Shown here: one piece after another, positions 21,095 through 21,961 of the stretch
Position numbering within the stretch: position 1 is the first letter of the stretch
How the letters are laid out: every line of letters begins with the position of its first letter
Assembly: GCF_006345805.1 (NCBI RefSeq)
Contig: NW_021823576.1
Coordinates: 1 to 21,961 of the forward strand
DNA length: 21,961 nucleotides
Direction: 5' to 3'
From: Octopus sinensis
Taxonomy: Eukaryota
Notes under the pieces: generated by a model
Databases searched by the model: none
Told to the model about the DNA's origin: nothing
Seen by the model: the letters and a program-made list of their open reading frames with translations, nothing else
Made by a program: the position numbers and the translations under genes

Positions 21095-21291
21095 TCCCGG
21101 GCCATTGGCTGAAAGAGCCGGTGTCCTGGATTCTGCGGAGTATATATATTTCCCCTGGGACGGTACACCAGCCCGTTGCAAGATTAGTTATTTTTGCATA
21201 CTGCATGGTCTGGAGCGATATGAAATAAAGTGCTTTGCTCAAGATCACAACGCGTAACGCGGCCCACCTAACCATTAAGCCTCGCGTCTCC
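21095..21291 (-). mobile_element. SINE-B (tail type 2) with an internal head deletion
   Basis: Reverse complement reads GGAGACGCGAGGCTTAATGGTTAG...TTGAGCAAAGCACTTTATTTCATATCGCTCCAG...TGCAACGGGCTGGTGTACCGTCCCAGGGG. Confidence 0.72.
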
Positions 21292-21300
21292 ACAGTATAT

Positions 21301-21334
<34 letters not shown>

Positions 21335-21359
21335 TATATATATGTTGTTGTTTGTAACT

Positions 21360-21445
21360 TCTCCAGCCATGCGTAGCTCATAAGGGCCTGTTTCCCGGTT
21401 TCATTGGCGTATAGGTTCCCCACCTGGATGGGACGCCGGTCCGTC
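21360..21445 (-). mobile_element. SINE-B tail type 2 fragment
   Basis: Reverse complement reads GACGGACCGGCGTCCCATCCAGG...TATACGCCAATGAAACCGGGAAACAGGCCC. Confidence 0.65.
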
Positions 21446-21452
21446 ATCTCTC

Positions 21453-21500
21453 TCTATATAAACGGCAGTTTGTCTGTCTGCATGTCTTTGTGTCGGATTT
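21453..21500 (+). mobile_element. Possible Helitron-like 5' terminus
   Basis: TCTATATAAAC followed by GTCTGTCTG resembles animal Helitron 5' ends. No 3' CTRR or hairpin was found. Confidence 0.3.
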
Positions 21501-21590
21501 TATGATCTACCATATAATGGCGCCTTCCTTTCTTCGCCATTATACATACATACATACATACATCCATACATATCTATCTATCTATCTATC

Positions 21591-21789
21591 TATTTTATTA
21601 TTTAAAAAAATTTTTATTTTATTTTTTTTGTTCTTCTTTTTCCCTTTTACGATCCCTTTTGATCGAAAACCTACGCCACCCTTTTTTTTGTTTCTTTTGC
21701 TTTTTGTTTTTTTCATCCCCCAAAAGAAAAGCTCTACCTTGTAACTTGCCCCATCTGTGTGCAGCCCTGTGTGGTCAATAAAGAAACTT
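21591..21789 (+). mobile_element. Tx1/L1-clade LINE copy 3: 3' UTR only
   Basis: ACGATCCCTTTTGATCGAAAACC...CCCCAAAAGAAAAGCTCTACCTTGTAA...GCAGCCCTGTGTGGTCAATAAAGAAACTT matches 7095-7208. Preceded by (ATCT)5 at 21572-21591. Confidence 0.92.
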
Positions 21790-21833
21790 ATCTATCCTAC
21801 TATCTCTATCTATCTATCTATCTCATCTATCTG

Positions 21834-21868
<35 letters not shown>

Positions 21869-21905
21869 CTTTCTATCTATCTATCTATCTATCTCTCTAT
21901 CTATA

Positions 21906-21960
<55 letters not shown>

Positions 21961-21961
21961 A
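21790..21961 (+). repeat. Imperfect (ATCT)n, 3' flank of Tx1 copy 3
   Basis: Visible tract to the window end. Confidence 0.93.

Overview
Eukaryotic, AT-rich, microsatellite-saturated non-genic DNA. I infer a coleoid cephalopod (octopus-like) from the repeat landscape. No host protein-coding gene is supportable, and most ORFs in the track are translated microsatellites. The main feature is a Tx1/L1-clade non-LTR retrotransposon present in three independently 5'-truncated copies (2932-3338, 3435-7208, ~21591-21789). Each copy has (TATC)n on both sides and joins the 3' tract in the same phase, which suggests a (TATC/GATA)n-targeting LINE. Copies 1 and 2 sit inside the internal microsatellite of a tRNA-derived SINE and split it in two. 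Also present: a ~430-bp near-perfect palindrome in (TA)n, a young 161-bp MITE with perfect 43-bp TIRs and an 8-bp TSD, a decayed RLE-type LINE end inside (CATA)n, a five-unit head-to-tail SINE array, a mariner remnant, a hammerhead-like motif in a probable Penelope remnant, and many SINE copies. SINE-A/B/C/D are my working labels, not database names.
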